DNA of 64,000 bases from Oculina patagonica (GCF_052425735.1 NC_135763.1:23498001-23562000); one strand, 5' to 3'; counted from the stretch's first letter, positions 1 to 12,512 are shown. Notes: generated by a model not told the origin, from the sequence alone. Numbers and translations are program-made.

Positions 1-1489
1 CCACCTGACTAATAGCTATGGGGATAGCTGATGGAGCCCAGGTGTAGTCTCTTCCAGGCTCTCGGTAGTTGAGGGGGAGCGGAAAAAGCGGGTGTGCAAG
101 GGAAAAACGACTACGTACTGAAAGCCTGGAACAGGCTAGCCCTGGAATGACAAGGGAAGCATTTACTTCTCCTTTGCCTAGGCCGCACTAGTTAAATGTC
201 TCTGACGACAACAACAATGGTTGGTCAACGTCAGTGATGAAGGTCAAGGTCAGTCATGCATGCATATGGCATTTCCTTTGTAAAAATCTCTTCTCAGAGA
301 ATAAAATTGAAAGGTATGTAACTGATATGTCAATTTGCAAAGAGTTAGAGACGGGGGTTGGGGGGGGGGGGGGGGGGTGTTAGCCCTGCCCCCAAATATT
401 TCCAAAAAATAAAGACCTGCTAAGAGAAGAGTCTCTAAAGCCCACCACTTCAAGTCACTAGTCAGCCCCCATTCCCCTCCCCCAATTGGAAAAATGCTAA
501 CACAGTACATCATGTTGTACATTACAAAGCTCAGTGCAAAGTGCATTATTTTGAAGTAACGTGATGCCTGCCTGTTGATTCTATTTTTCTTGTACCACAA
601 ATGGAAAGAAAACAATGCAATAAGAAATAACAAGGAACCTTGGATACCTTTACAATCAGATGAACATTTTTATTTGTCAATAATTATACAAAACTAGGGA
701 TTTCTTTCAAGCTAATAATGCTAACAAGAGCGTTCACGATTTAATTCTACTTGGATTGGCATTCGATTTCACCTTAGAAGATATTCAATACTGTCAAGCA
801 AAGGAGCCTGGGACCAACTACCATAATGCAAACATGGCAGCAATCCTATGTTCCGAGTTCACGTTAAACAAAAAAAACTTCAACAAAACTTTTACTTTTT
901 CCTGTTTTACTATAAAAACAACTAAAAACAAAATTAAATTTCAAATTAAGAGGTAAAAGGCACTACTCTATAGATTGATTAAAAACATTATTTAAGTTAC
1001 AACGCAGAAACAGTTGACAAGGTGTACAACTTCTCTTTTTTTTCACTTGTTTTCTGCAAATAATTTTCAATTTTGTTACTCAAATCAGAATATCTGTTTT
1101 CATATATTTTTGGTTTTACAAATGTTACGGCTCGTGCTTCTGGTCCATCATTTAAATAGAAATGTTTGTAAGTACTAAAAGAGGGCTAAATGTAAAATAA
1201 TTAAGTAAGATCATTTATTTTATAAATAAATTTAAAAAATAAATAGACAAAATAATTAGCATTCCAATAAATCATTACTGGTATCTGTTTACATTAAATT
1301 TTGAAAAGGCTGTAATGGATTAAAATATTTAAATAAATATAACAAATAAAGAACTAGTTGAAAGTGCACAGAGGAAAAAAAGTGACTTACTAGAAATTAA
1401 TTTTGAGATCATTATAAACTGGCAGGGACTTCATTGGATGGTTTTCAACCGCGGGTCAAGGAATCAGAGGGAGCGGCTGAGGCCGGATG

Positions 1490-1680
1490 AAATCGGAGGT
1501 GCGGGTTGCAGAGTCCGGTTTTGACCACTAGCTGGTGTTGTTCTGGTAGCCCTTATTTAACTCCCGCTGCGCTTGTAAATAGCCAACTGGTCTGCCTCTG
1601 CTAGTTGGAATTTTTAACACTCGTTATGTTATTTACACATTTAAATCAACTGCCTTGTAAAGCCCCATTAGGGGAGTTGG
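1490..1680 (+). mobile_element. Degenerate SINE-like repeat
   Basis: Contains ctgcgcttgtaaatagccaactggtctgcctc...gttggaatttttaac, which resembles a common anthozoan SINE body (recognised from memory). Boundaries approximate. Confidence 0.4.
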
Positions 1681-1711
1681 TAGTTTCCATATGGATTATT
1701 TTTCAATTTTG

Positions 1712-2330
1712 TGTTAAAATACCAAAACCAAAGCTAAGTAATTACTTTGGCCAATCACTAAGGACACATACAATCCAGTGAACCAAAAAAACTTGAAGCA
1801 ATTACGGTACATGCAGTCAGCACAAAACGTGGGAAAATGTGTGCAGAGCACCCGAGCGGAACCGGGCGCGAGGCGAAGCGGAGCGAGGGGAGCGAACCAC
1901 GGGGGACGGAGCCGAAGCGAGGCGCAAGGGGGGGCGGCGAGGTGATGTAGTAACAAATGGTTATGGTTTAACTTCTGATTGGCTGAGAAAGTGGTGGGAG
2001 TTTTTAAAACCAAACACTAAGCATAAAACTGCCAACTCTCACCCCTTAGGCATGAGTCTTACCACTGGTCGAAAAATGTGAGTTATTACAACTATAACAG
2101 AAACAGTTTCCAAAAAATTAATGTGTAAGCTGTTCTGAACGTCTTCAGAATACTTTGGACGTCTTCAGGAAACTTCAGACATGGTAGTATTGTCTTTGGA
2201 AATCCTGGCACTCTCAGGATATGAATCTCACGCCTTTGAACCAGGAAAAGTTGGCAGGTATATAAGCATAGTAAAGCAAAACCAAAGCAAATGGGAATCA
2301 CTTTTGACTCTCAAGTGAAAACTGCTCTAT
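1712..2330. mobile_element. Nested non-autonomous repeats: an outer MITE-like repeat interrupted by a small TIR element
   Basis: Outer repeat aaaaccaaagc..taattactttggccaatcac...ctgattggctga...aaaactgctcta. Inner ~2025-2262 element with ctgccaact/agttggcag inverted ends; taagcata occurs at both sides. Confidence 0.4.
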
Positions 2331-3303
2331 GGCTACATACATGAACGACTTATGACACAAAATAATTATCCAAACTCAGTATAAAAGGGAATTTCATGTT
2401 AAATGATCAGACCATTTCCCATATTCAGAATTTAGGATTTATTTTGTGATAATGACTCGAAAATTAAGAAACATAGCACCTTTACTTGGATGGATAGAGA
2501 TGCCTCAATAACCTGATAGCATGTAACATAATGTTCTAGACTAAAAGGTTTAAAACCATAACCCTACAAGTCTGTGAAGCGTGAAACTAGGGCAAAAATT
2601 ATACCATGACGTGTGAAAATAGCTAGAAAAGACATGTGATTCGTGAATTCTGCTGTTTCAAGTATAGATGACACACGAATTTGGTTAAAATTTGTAACTG
2701 AAATGGGATCACGACACCCCCTTTGCTACCCTCTGAAATAATTCCTGAGAAACAAGTTGTCGGCAATAAGTCTATATATTTGCTAAAATAATGTAATAAA
2801 AATGAACACCCAAATGAGCAACACAGTGACTGTATTTCCTCAGACAAGTAAACAACCAGGTGCACTAACAATATAATATACATATAAAACCAGGACATTG
2901 TAGTTACCGGTATATGTCCTTTTCTTATTAGGAAAATGGTGTGTTTTCATTTTATTTGATTATAGGCAACAATGAATAAAATTCAACCTTTTGTTTTTGG
3001 TGATGCCCCACCACAATTTTGTTTTGTCTGACTGATGGTGTCTTAGTAGGACATATGTCCTTTTAAGTGGAAAAAGAAAAAAAAATTGCAGCCCTGCGCT
3101 TATTAGAGGAAGGGCACATGTATTTGAGGATGGGTGCTCAATTGGAGAAATACAGTCTGCGTCAACACCAACACCAATTAGAATATGGATTTTTTTATCA
3201 CACTAAAAGAACATTTTACTGCTTTTTGTTATCAAAACAGAAATTATGATTAATATTAATGGCACCTCAAACACCTTGTTTTGACTTCCCCCTTAAAAAT
3301 GGA

Positions 3304-3407
3304 TCCCTGCTCTTCCAAAATAAAATTCACACCCCCTAACGCCCTTTGTTTTGCCAAAATAATAGGGGTGTCAAGGGGGCGTGAATTTTATTTTGGAAAG
3401 GCAGGGA
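3304..3407. repeat. Foldback (hairpin) element ~40 bp downstream of the PAQR stop codon
   Basis: tccctgc..ttccaaaataaaattcacaccccct..acgccc is imperfectly complementary to gggtgtcaagggggcgtgaattttattttggaaaggcaggga. Confidence 0.7.
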
Positions 3408-3448
3408 CCGGATTTACTATTCAGTGGCTGATTTCTCTCAATAGCAGT

Positions 3449-4486
3449 TCAGTTTCCTTTACCTCGTGCTTTCCTCTTGTCTTCATTGTCAGCTGACTTG
3501 ATGGACTTTGTGAACCAAAACACAACAGCAATATTACCAGCTAGTACAAGCAATGTCAGACAAAGACTGTTTGTAAACGTGGGAATTGGTGACAAATCTT
3601 CCAGAGCTTTCCTCCTTCCTAACATGTCCAAATAAATGGCTGTAAACTCGTCCACTGTACCAATAGCGCAAAGAACGTGCAAAAAGTGATGACTTTGACC
3701 AAAGAAGTCGAAAACACCTGGAAGAAGTCTTTCGGGTAACCTGCTGCCATTGGCGAAAGCAGCCACAGCAAAGAACATGAACTGTCGCTTGAAATAAGGG
3801 ATGGACACAACATTGCAGTCTGCTTCTGACGTGCACTGATACATTCTAACCCAATATGGCAGAGTGTTTATAAAGAACGATGCTGCAAAAGTTCCAGTGC
3901 GGAGTAAAAACTTGAAATCGATCCAACGGTGTCTTGAAGCACAGCAAGAGTACGTGGATAAAATAGAAACAAAGACACACACAACCACAAAAAGCCAATA
4001 AGAGCGGAATATTAGCCAATCTGTGTTCAGAGGTCTTGAATAAAAATAAAACGCCTGTCCAGCAGAAAACGCGTAGACACTGATCGCAGAGTAATCGCAG
4101 AAGAAACAAACATGGCGGGTCTTGCTCGACATGGAGTTGAACAGATGTGCTCCGGCGCTCATGAAAAACATTGCAGATGTTCCAACAGCAAACGATAGCA
4201 ACGGATAAACAAATGCATCGTCAAATGGATTGTGCTGCTTGAAGACAACGATCGAGCGCCAAACGAGCACTGCAAAGGCAATTACATGCGACCAGACATT
4301 GATGGTTTCGTTGGATCGTTTGAAGAGGCTGTGTAAACATTCCCTTGCAGATATTTGAGGGCGACGATAGCCGGATAAAATGTAAGGTTCACGAAACTCA
4401 AATGGAACTTTGTAATCAGGAAGACTGAAATTATCCTCGGTGCGATTGAAATTGAGATCAGAGCTTATTTCAACGGAGCTTCCCAT
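3449..4486 (-). CDS. PAQR family (progestin and adipoQ receptor/HlyIII) 7TM protein, membrane progestin receptor-like, single exon, 345 aa from the first ATG
   Basis: PAQR motifs EPYILSGYR, NETINVWSH, SAGAH (SxxxH), DYSAI and PERLLPGVFDFFGQSHHFLH (HxxxH). The ORF-track start at 4501 is GTG; the first ATG is at 4486, with an in-frame TGA upstream at 4517-4519. Confidence 0.93.
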   Translation of the reverse strand: MGSSVEISSDLNFNRTEDNFSLPDYKVPFEFREPYILSGYRRPQISARECLHSLFKRSNETINVWSHVIAFAVLVWRSIVVFKQHNPFDDAFVYPLLSFAVGTSAMFFMSAGAHLFNSMSSKTRHVCFFCDYSAISVYAFSAGQAFYFYSRPLNTDWLIFRSYWLFVVVCVFVSILSTYSCCASRHRWIDFKFLLRTGTFAASFFINTLPYWVRMYQCTSEADCNVVSIPYFKRQFMFFAVAAFANGSRLPERLLPGVFDFFGQSHHFLHVLCAIGTVDEFTAIYLDMLGRRKALEDLSPIPTFTNSLCLTLLVLAGNIAVVFWFTKSIKSADNEDKRKARGKGN

Positions 4487-4870
4487 TTTGGAAAATTTCA
4501 CACAAGATTGACCTTTTCAGCTTCGGTCCATGGCCCACAGCGCATGCTGGTAAAAGGGCTCTTACGTAAATCGTCTAAATCATTACGAAACACCGTTGAC
4601 CTTTCCTTTCCGACTTTTCTCGCAAGAACAAAAGCTGTGGATTACTAACTTGTTCTTTTACTTAAAGTTAAGTTACTATAAACTGAACCATATAAATTTA
4701 AGCTTAATATTTTGTTTTGAATCGTCTTACTTTCAAATAGTCCCAGTTTTACCCCTGGTAGGGTGGGGTGGCGGTGTAGGATTGGGACTGTAGCCCGGAG
4801 CGGGGGGACCGAGCGGGGGTAGAGTGGTTGGGGGGCTGTTTAGCACCATCTCTGTTCACCCGTTTTAATA

Positions 4871-5307
4871 CCGTATTTATTCGATTAAGCGCCCTGGGCG
4901 CTTATTAAATTTTTGGCCCTTGAGAGTGGGCGCTTATTCGAGGTGGGCGCTTATTCGAGGCTGGGCGCTAATTAAATTTTTACGATTTTCGGCAAATGTT
5001 AAGTTTAGATTTGTAACAAAACAATAAATAATAACAAAACGTGAAGATGTATCAAAGCAGAAATTTAATTGTTCATTGAAAGTTTCTGTACAATACTAAG
5101 AAAACTCGGTCATGGGGGAAGTCTTCTTAGTAGTACATAGTCAATTTCAATAATCAATACTCCTTTTATGGACTTCAGTTTTTTTCTTGGGTGGGGGTGG
5201 GCGCTTATTCGAGGCTGGGCGCTTATTAACTTTTCCTGCCTTAAGGGTGGGCGCTTATTCGAGGTGGGCGCTTATTCGAGGTTGGGCGCTAAATCGAATA
5301 AATACGG
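4871..5307. mobile_element. Tc1/mariner-pogo type MITE
   Basis: TIRs CCGTATTTATTCGATTAAGCGCCC / GGGCGCTAAATCGAATAAATACGG. TA on both sides (4869-70, 5308-09). Internal gggcgcttattcgag repeats. Confidence 0.9.
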
Positions 5308-5574
5308 TAATCGATTTTAAGGCGCGCAGGGGTTTCGCTTAACATGGGTTTAACGGAAATATCTCGTTCGCGTTACAAGAAATCTAAAAACCCTGAGCTC
5401 ATTATATATATATCTATATTTTGCGGTGTTTTGTAAATTGTTGAGTGATTTCAGTTAGGGATCCGATGTTTGGGAGCAGATAGTTTTTCTCAAAGGATTA
5501 GTAAAATTGAGAGAAATAAGAAATATTGGAGATTGAATGTGATTGTAAAATTATAATTTGAAGTTAAAAATTGG

Positions 5575-5793
5575 TAGACGTACACCAGACAGTCCCTGAC
5601 AACCTAGAGTGCTCTTGCGTGGAGGTCAACTGTCTGGTGGTGTTTTAATTTTTTTTTCTTTCTTTTGAAAATTCATTCAAATTCAGGTAGAACCCACCTT
5701 ACAAAGGATAGACGTACACCAGACAGTCCCCTGACAACCTAGAGTGCTCTTGCGTGGAGGTCAACTGTCTGGTGGTGTTTTACAAAGGATAGA
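5575..5793 (+). repeat. Two copies of a ~73-bp hairpin-forming repeat (5575-5647, 5709-5782)
   Basis: Near-identical copies with an internal stem CACCAGACAGT/ACTGTCTGGTG. The second copy is bracketed by the direct repeat TTACAAAGGATAGA (5699-5712, 5780-5793). Confidence 0.8.
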
Positions 5794-6520
5794 AAAACTT
5801 AGATTTGTTTTTGGAGTAACAAAAAGTTTTATTCTATACTGATAAAGCTCGGTTTACCACTTTAGATACGCTAACAGTATAAAAATTGGGTATGGATTAG
5901 AGGCCAGGCAAGGTCTGGTGGAATATAATGTCAATACCAATCTTTCGAGAGGCAATGCCTTTCTTTTTCAAAGTCTACAGGGTCTTTAGAGTTATTATTT
6001 GTAAGACCCTGGAAAAAGGCACATTGGAATTATATTCCTTTACTTTACTTTATATTTCAGCCTTTTTTTCGTTTGTAATTAAATTTTAGAGCTGATTAGA
6101 TCCACGCTGGTCCTTGCTTACATTGAATTGAATCAGTGAAAATGGGTTCCTAAAATGACTTATTTTGGTCTCGAATAGGGTCAGGATTTGGAGTTCTGGG
6201 TAGCAGTAGCACACCTTAGGAACAAAATTCCATGAAGTACTCGCGGGCCTTAGAAATTGAGGAAAATGAGAGAGGAAAAGGTTGGCACCGGGTGCCGTAG
6301 TGTTTGCAGTGACTAATTATCTCCAGATTTTCCAGAATGAAGCAATTATAAGACCACTGTTACTCCCTTGGTTGGTATCACATGATCGATACTCCAGGCT
6401 TAATTAGCCGTCACCAGTACCCAGTTAGACACCTGGGTGAGTGCAATATGCTCGATCCAGTGAGAGTGGAAACGCAGTCTCGAACGCAGTCCGTCTCCGA
6501 AACGCAGGCAAACCCAATCC

Positions 6521-6650
6521 TAGTCCAGTCCCTGAACTCTCTCCTCCGCGTGCCTTTTATAGGGGTTGAACCCAGGCGCAGAACGAGACGCGCGCCTTGG
6601 TTCAGCCCCCATAAGGGGCGCACGAAAGAGAGAGTCCAGGAACTGGACTA
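6521..6650. mobile_element. 130-bp foldback MITE with TAG...CTA ends and 9-bp TSD
   Basis: TAGTCCAGT...ACTGGACTA termini, palindromic interior, TSD ACCCAATCC (6512-6520, 6651-6659). Confidence 0.85.
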
Positions 6651-7714
6651 ACCCAATCCAGGCTACGCGCGGCCAGTAACGTGCATGTTTCTATTGTCAA
6701 ATCTGATTGGTTCTAACTGTTGAGGACCCCCGCCCCCCCCCCCCCCCAAAAAAAGTGTAGTGTATCTTGTTCCCACCCCTGTGAAGCTGCTCTTTCAAAT
6801 ATTATTAAAAGTGTTCTTATTCCAATAAGTACCTCTAATCTAATTGTCGCCCCTAAATTGTAGTGCGAATCTTTACTTATATCGATTTCTCCGTTGACAC
6901 ATGCGCATTGAGTTTCCTCGCTGTTGCAAAGTATGTCTACATCGCAAAGTAATAGGACACCTCCCTAATAAGCTTCTTGTTTATTATAAGCGCCCTCCCT
7001 CTAGCTACCAGAATTAATTGGCACCCCTCGACTCTCAAAATTAAATTAGCGAGCTGGAGGCCACATCAAATTACTACGGTAGTCGAGTCAGTTGTCTAAT
7101 TTCGTGGATTTTTCTCGCACTGATGTTAGTAATCAGTGACACAGCAAACGAAGTTGAATTTTTCCATTATTGTACGATAAACAGATTGCCTTTATCTTTA
7201 GTTATTCCCACAAGAACGAATCTTAACTTAAAAATAATGAAATCTCAATGAACGCTCTGAGGCTCGAAAACGTCAACATAGGAAAAAATAAAGAAAAAGT
7301 TTATAAATGTAAATTAACCCGGAAGCATTGCAAATGATTCGAACGCGCCTTTGAAATCTGAAAAGTAGACAATTTTAATTCATAAATGCTAAGGAGTACG
7401 AATTTGAATACATGTATTTTAATATAAATTGTTCCTATTTACTTTTTAACTAAGATTGATGAGTTATCGTTGCTTGTATTTCAAGAAAGCTAGATGGCAG
7501 AAGTGTCATCGAAAATATAAAATAAATAAATAAGACATTATAAGTTGTTTGCTTATTTTTTCTACAAACGGAGGCATCGGTAAAGTAGAAAGGAGAATAA
7601 ATTTTCGGATATGACGTAATCGCCGCGAAGTCTCTTTGAACGCGCACCTGCGTATCCTGAAAGCGGAATAAATTAGAGTCGAGTTCTTTGTCAAGAAACG
7701 AGCGTCAAGCTTTG

Positions 7715-7933
7715 ATGATGAAGGTCTTTGGGCTGATTTCGCTGGTTCTTTTCTGCGTTTTCCTTGCACAAGCCGTCGATGGAGGAAAACACCATCACAA
7801 GCGTGCGAAGGGAAATGTTCTGTCTGAAGGCGAAAAACAAATTGCGTCTAAAGTCATGCGAAAGGTACGGAAAGCCGCGCAGGATAATCTCGAGGCAGTT
7901 CAAGATAACAAGGCCGCCGCTGAAGAAAATCAG
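7715..7933 (+). CDS. Exon 1 of a secreted His/Lys/Arg-rich precursor protein
   Basis: ATG at 7715. Signal peptide MMKVFGLISLVLFCVFLAQAVDG, then GKHHHKR...; 73 codons ending at the phase-0 donor CAG|GTACAG. Confidence 0.8.
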
Positions 7934-10645
7934 GTACAGTAACTAAGCGAAATGCCTAGAAACAGAAATACTTTCTGTATTAATGCTTGCTATCTAGATA
8001 TCAGCGAACGATCAATTTTCAAAATCACCCACGACCGGCTTTTTAAAATTTATAGATTTCCGCAAAATGCCGCGCGGCGGAAAATTTGTATTCGTTAGTT
8101 CGCTGTCATTTAAATGCCAAAACTTGCTTTTCACATGGGTTTGTTCAGTTTTCTTAAATTCGATTTCTCGCACAATGAAGCCAAAGTACTGTGTTCACCT
8201 GCTATTTTTCGTAGCTAAAATCTAAAAAAACGAGGCCAAAGTCCTGCCGGCCGAATTGGTCCATGCATGAAGTGATGGCTTTTATTTTTTATGCTAACGC
8301 ACCGCGGTTGAAAGAGTTTCCTCGCTTCGCAATAAGTTTCGTGAGCCGAACTGATTATAAACAAAAACGTTTATTAAACAATTTTAATTCTCGATGTGAG
8401 TTCTTTTACAGCACAGCAGTTATTTTGGAGCGAGGAAGCTCTGAAAGAACAACCACTGAGTTCGACTGTATATTGTGTGTTTGGTTTACAATTTCATGCT
8501 GTTCTGTAAAATTCGCGACATTTTAATCTCTGCGGTTTCCAGCCCAGACAAAATCTTAACTCAGCCAGAAGCCATTTAATGAAAAAGTAAGGTTTTGAAT
8601 AATCTATGAGTATGCTATAATTTGATAAAAAAGTTTACGCTAAAATCCGAGCTGTAGAAAATTTTGCTAGAAAAATTCCAAAAGACGGTAACAATATCTT
8701 GTTGTGAGAAGGTTGTACAAGAGATATTGTCTTTTAAAGATAGAGTGACTTCTTTGGCTTGAGCAATAGACCTATTTCTGTTCGATAACGAAATATACTT
8801 TTCCTTAGAAACTAAGAGATGTGTTTCCCTCACTCGTTTTGCCACAAAAAGGCAAGAGTCGCGCTGAAATCTGTTGGACTGTATCATGCACTGAGTCGAT
8901 CGGAGTATATAGTTAGCGAAAAAGCAACTCAAATACTTTCAAAAGTAGGAGTATAATATACGTGAAGTTTTATTTATAAAGCCAGTTTGCATGCAAACAA
9001 TATCATTAACGCCATCGTTTGTAAGATAATGCTACAATTCTCGCACACTATTAGCCATGGACGCAAAGTGGCTCTCGAAAAACCTATATATTATACTATT
9101 CCTTCGACAAATTGTCGCGTGTTTTAATATGGTGCACGTGTAAAAAGGTTGATTTGCTACTGCAAACGATTCTTTCAAACACAACATATGCGTGGTCGGC
9201 GTAATGGTAGCTATAAAAGCAGGCTTGACTATATTGGATTTTATTAGTGACTGAATGGCTTGCTGTGAAAGGCAAATCAGTTTTATGACTCGATATTGCG
9301 TTAGTCTTGGGAGCGATTAGGTACTTGAAACATATATTGTAACTTAGCAAAATATAGAAACTTCAATTGATCAATTCTACGTGGTATGAATTAGTAATAA
9401 GTTGATCCTGGAAGTTTTGAATAACTTGACCAGATGTTAGCGCTGTTTGTCTTGTCCTTTTCACAATGCGTCCCACGATTGGTCATTTAGTTTTGTTTTG
9501 AAGTTCTTTCACTAATGAAAACTTTGTTATTTATTTGTATTTTCGACCATATTTTGACGCTCCTTTTCCCCTGTTTTTCAAGTGCAAAAATGTCCGCTCA
9601 TAGGAAAAGGGTTTCAAACTTAGTGGAAACAAACAGAAATCACAACAACCATCGAACTCAAAAGCGCCCTCTAAACAACATATTCAAACAGCAGAAAAGA
9701 CATATAGAACTCATTAAAATCGCCCTCAGCCAAAGTATTACTTTCAAACAACGAATTCAAGGGCGAAATCCTAGCCTACAACAAAATAATTTGGCAACGC
9801 AGCCAAAAGCTAAAATAACTCGGATATTTTGCTTTTTTTAACTTTGTTTTCTGTTTTTATGGCTTCCCATTCTAACACGTTGAAGTTTGCCCCAATGGGA
9901 ATAATTAAGGCTTAATTATTCCCAAGAGTTCCGTAGTAACATTCCTCTTAGCTGAGTCATACCCTTAACTGTTTGAATAATGATAAGTAAGACGGGAACT
10001 TTTTAAAGAAGTGTTCTTACTATTGTCTTTCATGTTATGACTCTAGTAAGAAAAAAAAAACAGCCATAATTAAGAAAACTGTCATTCATTCATTCATTGA
10101 AGGCATTTTGGACACATTTTCTCAAAGCTTAGATATCTTTATTTGAATTGCATCATATTTGATTCAGTTTCAGTTTCTTTCTACGAGCAGTCCCACTCTT
10201 TCCTCTGTTTTCTTGAGCGAGAAGCGGAAAAAGAAGAAGAAAAAGAAACTGAGCAAAGGAAAATGTTTGCGCGAAAACTGGGGGCAAAACGCAAGGAAAA
10301 CGGAAAGAACGACGACCTTCTTTTCTTGCGAATCTCATCCCCAGTTTACGCGCGCCCATTTTTTTTCTTTCGGTTTTTCGACCTTTCCCCCTCCTTGCGA
10401 GAAGGAAAGGAAAAGAGGGACTCCCCTAGTCTGGGTACGAACATATTTGCGAAACAAAAAAAAAAGGTTACCCTGCATTAAAATAGGCTTTAGAAACTTT
10501 GGATTTGTTCTACTTCGACGTAATTGTAGTTTACATTCGAGCTCGATTATTTATGCTTAGAGGTCCTCGTGTTAATCACAGCTTTAGGCGCCCTTTTAAT
10601 TTTTATAGAAACAAAAAAGTAATAACAAATTTCTTTTAACATCAG

Positions 10646-10990
10646 GATAAAGGGCCCCTGAATACTAATAGCACAGAGGAACAAGACAAACATGTCCATT
10701 CTAAGCACCGCAGAGGCCATAAACACGGCGCTCTCCATTTTCGGCGGAAGGACGAAAGCAAACACAACCATGCCCACCACAAGCACGGCTTCCACAAAAG
10801 GAACCATGGCAACATGGGACGTCGCCATGACGGCGTCAAAATCGATAAAGAGAATCTGCGACGTGAAATATTGGCGCTGAACTCGAATATGACAGAAGAA
10901 CAGCTCAAACGATTGATAAAAGTGATAAAGAGAGGGCATCACATGAGAAGGAAGCATGAGCACAAGCGACAGGAGGAGAAAAAGCCTTGA
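10646..10990 (+). CDS. Exon 2 (terminal) of the secreted His-rich precursor; total ~187 aa
   Basis: Acceptor ttcttttaacatcAG|GAT, phase 0. Open for 114 codons (DKGPLNTNSTEEQDKHVHSKHRRGHKHGALHFRRKDESKHNHAHHKHGFHKRNHGNMGRR...KRQEEKKP) to TGA at 10988-10990. GC-richer than its flanks; AATAAA at ~11278 and ~11946. Confidence 0.78.
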   Translation, partial: DKGPLNTNSTEEQDKHVHSKHRRGHKHGALHFRRKDESKHNHAHHKHGFHKRNHGNMGRRHDGVKIDKENLRREILALNSNMTEEQLKRLIKVIKRGHHMRRKHEHKRQEEKKP

Positions 10991-11510
10991 AAGTTTTCCT
11001 TCAGTCTTATGATTTTTAATTTTTTTATGTTTTTTATAATATCAAGTATTTTTTTTAAGTAATCAAGGTTTGTTTTATAATTTGAACATTTTACGGTTGT
11101 TTTTCTGTCAACAGACCTGCGGAATTATCAAAAATCTTATATATAGGCCTTACATTGTATGTAGCACAAAAAGATTCCTTTTACGACTTTGTAATGTTAT
11201 CAGTTTTTGACTATGTGTTTAAACCTTCTTTTAAGAGTAACATGTGCTGTACATTAACATTCTTTAGCAAGCACTTAAATAAAAAATACACCCGTAAAAA
11301 GAAATGTCTGGTTACTGACTTTGAAGATCGTGTTGCAAGCAGGCTCGCAATAATTTTCTAAAAAAGGAAACGTTGATTTATAGTAGTATTACGATAGAGA
11401 TTTCTATATTCATGACCACGACTCTGCTTTGTGCTGCGTTTGAGGAAGAGCCCTCGTAAGACAATTTGTAGCATAGTGAGCTATAGTGGAAACAGTGTGT
11501 GGAAATCTTA

Positions 11511-11707
11511 AGCCTGGTTTTCACTAGCGACGCAAGCACAAGCGCAAGGATAACAACTTTTAGTTCTCCGTGAAAAAGGCTTCGACTCAATCAAAAGCAC
11601 AAGCGCATTGCATTTGGATGCTTGTGCTTGTGCTTGCCAAATTTGCCTTTTTGCGTGATCTTGCTTGTGCTTGCGCTTGTGCTTGCGTCGCTAATGAAAA
11701 CCAGGCT
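11511..11707. mobile_element. PIF/Harbinger-type MITE
   Basis: ~38-bp TIR AGCCTGGTTTTCACTAGCGACGCAAGCACAAGCGCAAG and its near-perfect reverse complement. TTA TSD on both sides. Confidence 0.88.
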
Positions 11708-12512
11708 TTACCGGGCCTGTCACTCGATTCTTTTCTGCAAGTAGCTTTCTTTTCCTTTTGTTTTAAATTGTCGTTATTCGTTATATGAAAATTATTCTGT
11801 TGATTATATTAAGGGTTAAAAACTGACAACTTTTCTCATATATAATAGCCACGGCTGACTGATTGACTAGATTTTGCGTATCAGCAAAAACCTAGAAGTT
11901 TCGAGAAGTTCTTAATTTGTTCAATGGTTGTTAAAGTAACCACCCAATAAAATAATCACTGTTTGACTGTTTTAGATGTTTGTAATTTTTGTATATGTTC
12001 TAGCTATTTATAGAAACAATGTGTGTTTTCTGGCAACCTGTGCTGAGTGTTTTTGACTGAAAGCTCCATTCTGAATTTCAAATTTTCAAATTTCAAAGTT
12101 CTCCACAGGGCCTCTAGACACCCAATAAGACCACATGCTGACTAAGTATTAGGGTATTTTTATACGATTCAATGTATTACAAATTTTTAAAGCTAATAAC
12201 AGCTACAGTTGTGCAAAAAATAGGTACTAAGTAATTTAATTCTGGTTGTATCTCTGTGATGGACTAGCATTCAATCCAGAGGCCAGTCGAAATACACTTG
12301 TCGCTTCTCTTTGGCCCGAATGCAGGCCTTGTACCTGTAATCGCTATAGCTTAGTTTACACAAAATGCCCATCTGTTAAAAACCAATCAAAATTGTCCAA
12401 ACGCATCAAATTTGAAAGATAAAACCTTTGTTATAGAAACCCGTCTATGTCGTTATGGACACATTACAGCCGGTGGATTATTATTATTATTGCAATAAAC
12501 CTTCTTCGCTAA

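Noticed and set aside
9515-9841. Possible middle exon of the His-rich gene (acceptor-like ttttcaAG at 9582)
   Set aside because: In the required phase 0 it hits TAG after six codons, and exons 1 and 2 already join in frame.
10143-10560. Lys/Glu-rich overlapping ORFs in the intron
   Set aside because: Low-complexity A-rich repeat-like sequence without ATG-initiated coding features.
10547-10963. Hydrophobic 138-aa minus-strand ORF
   Set aside because: Antisense shadow of the His/Lys-rich exon 2.
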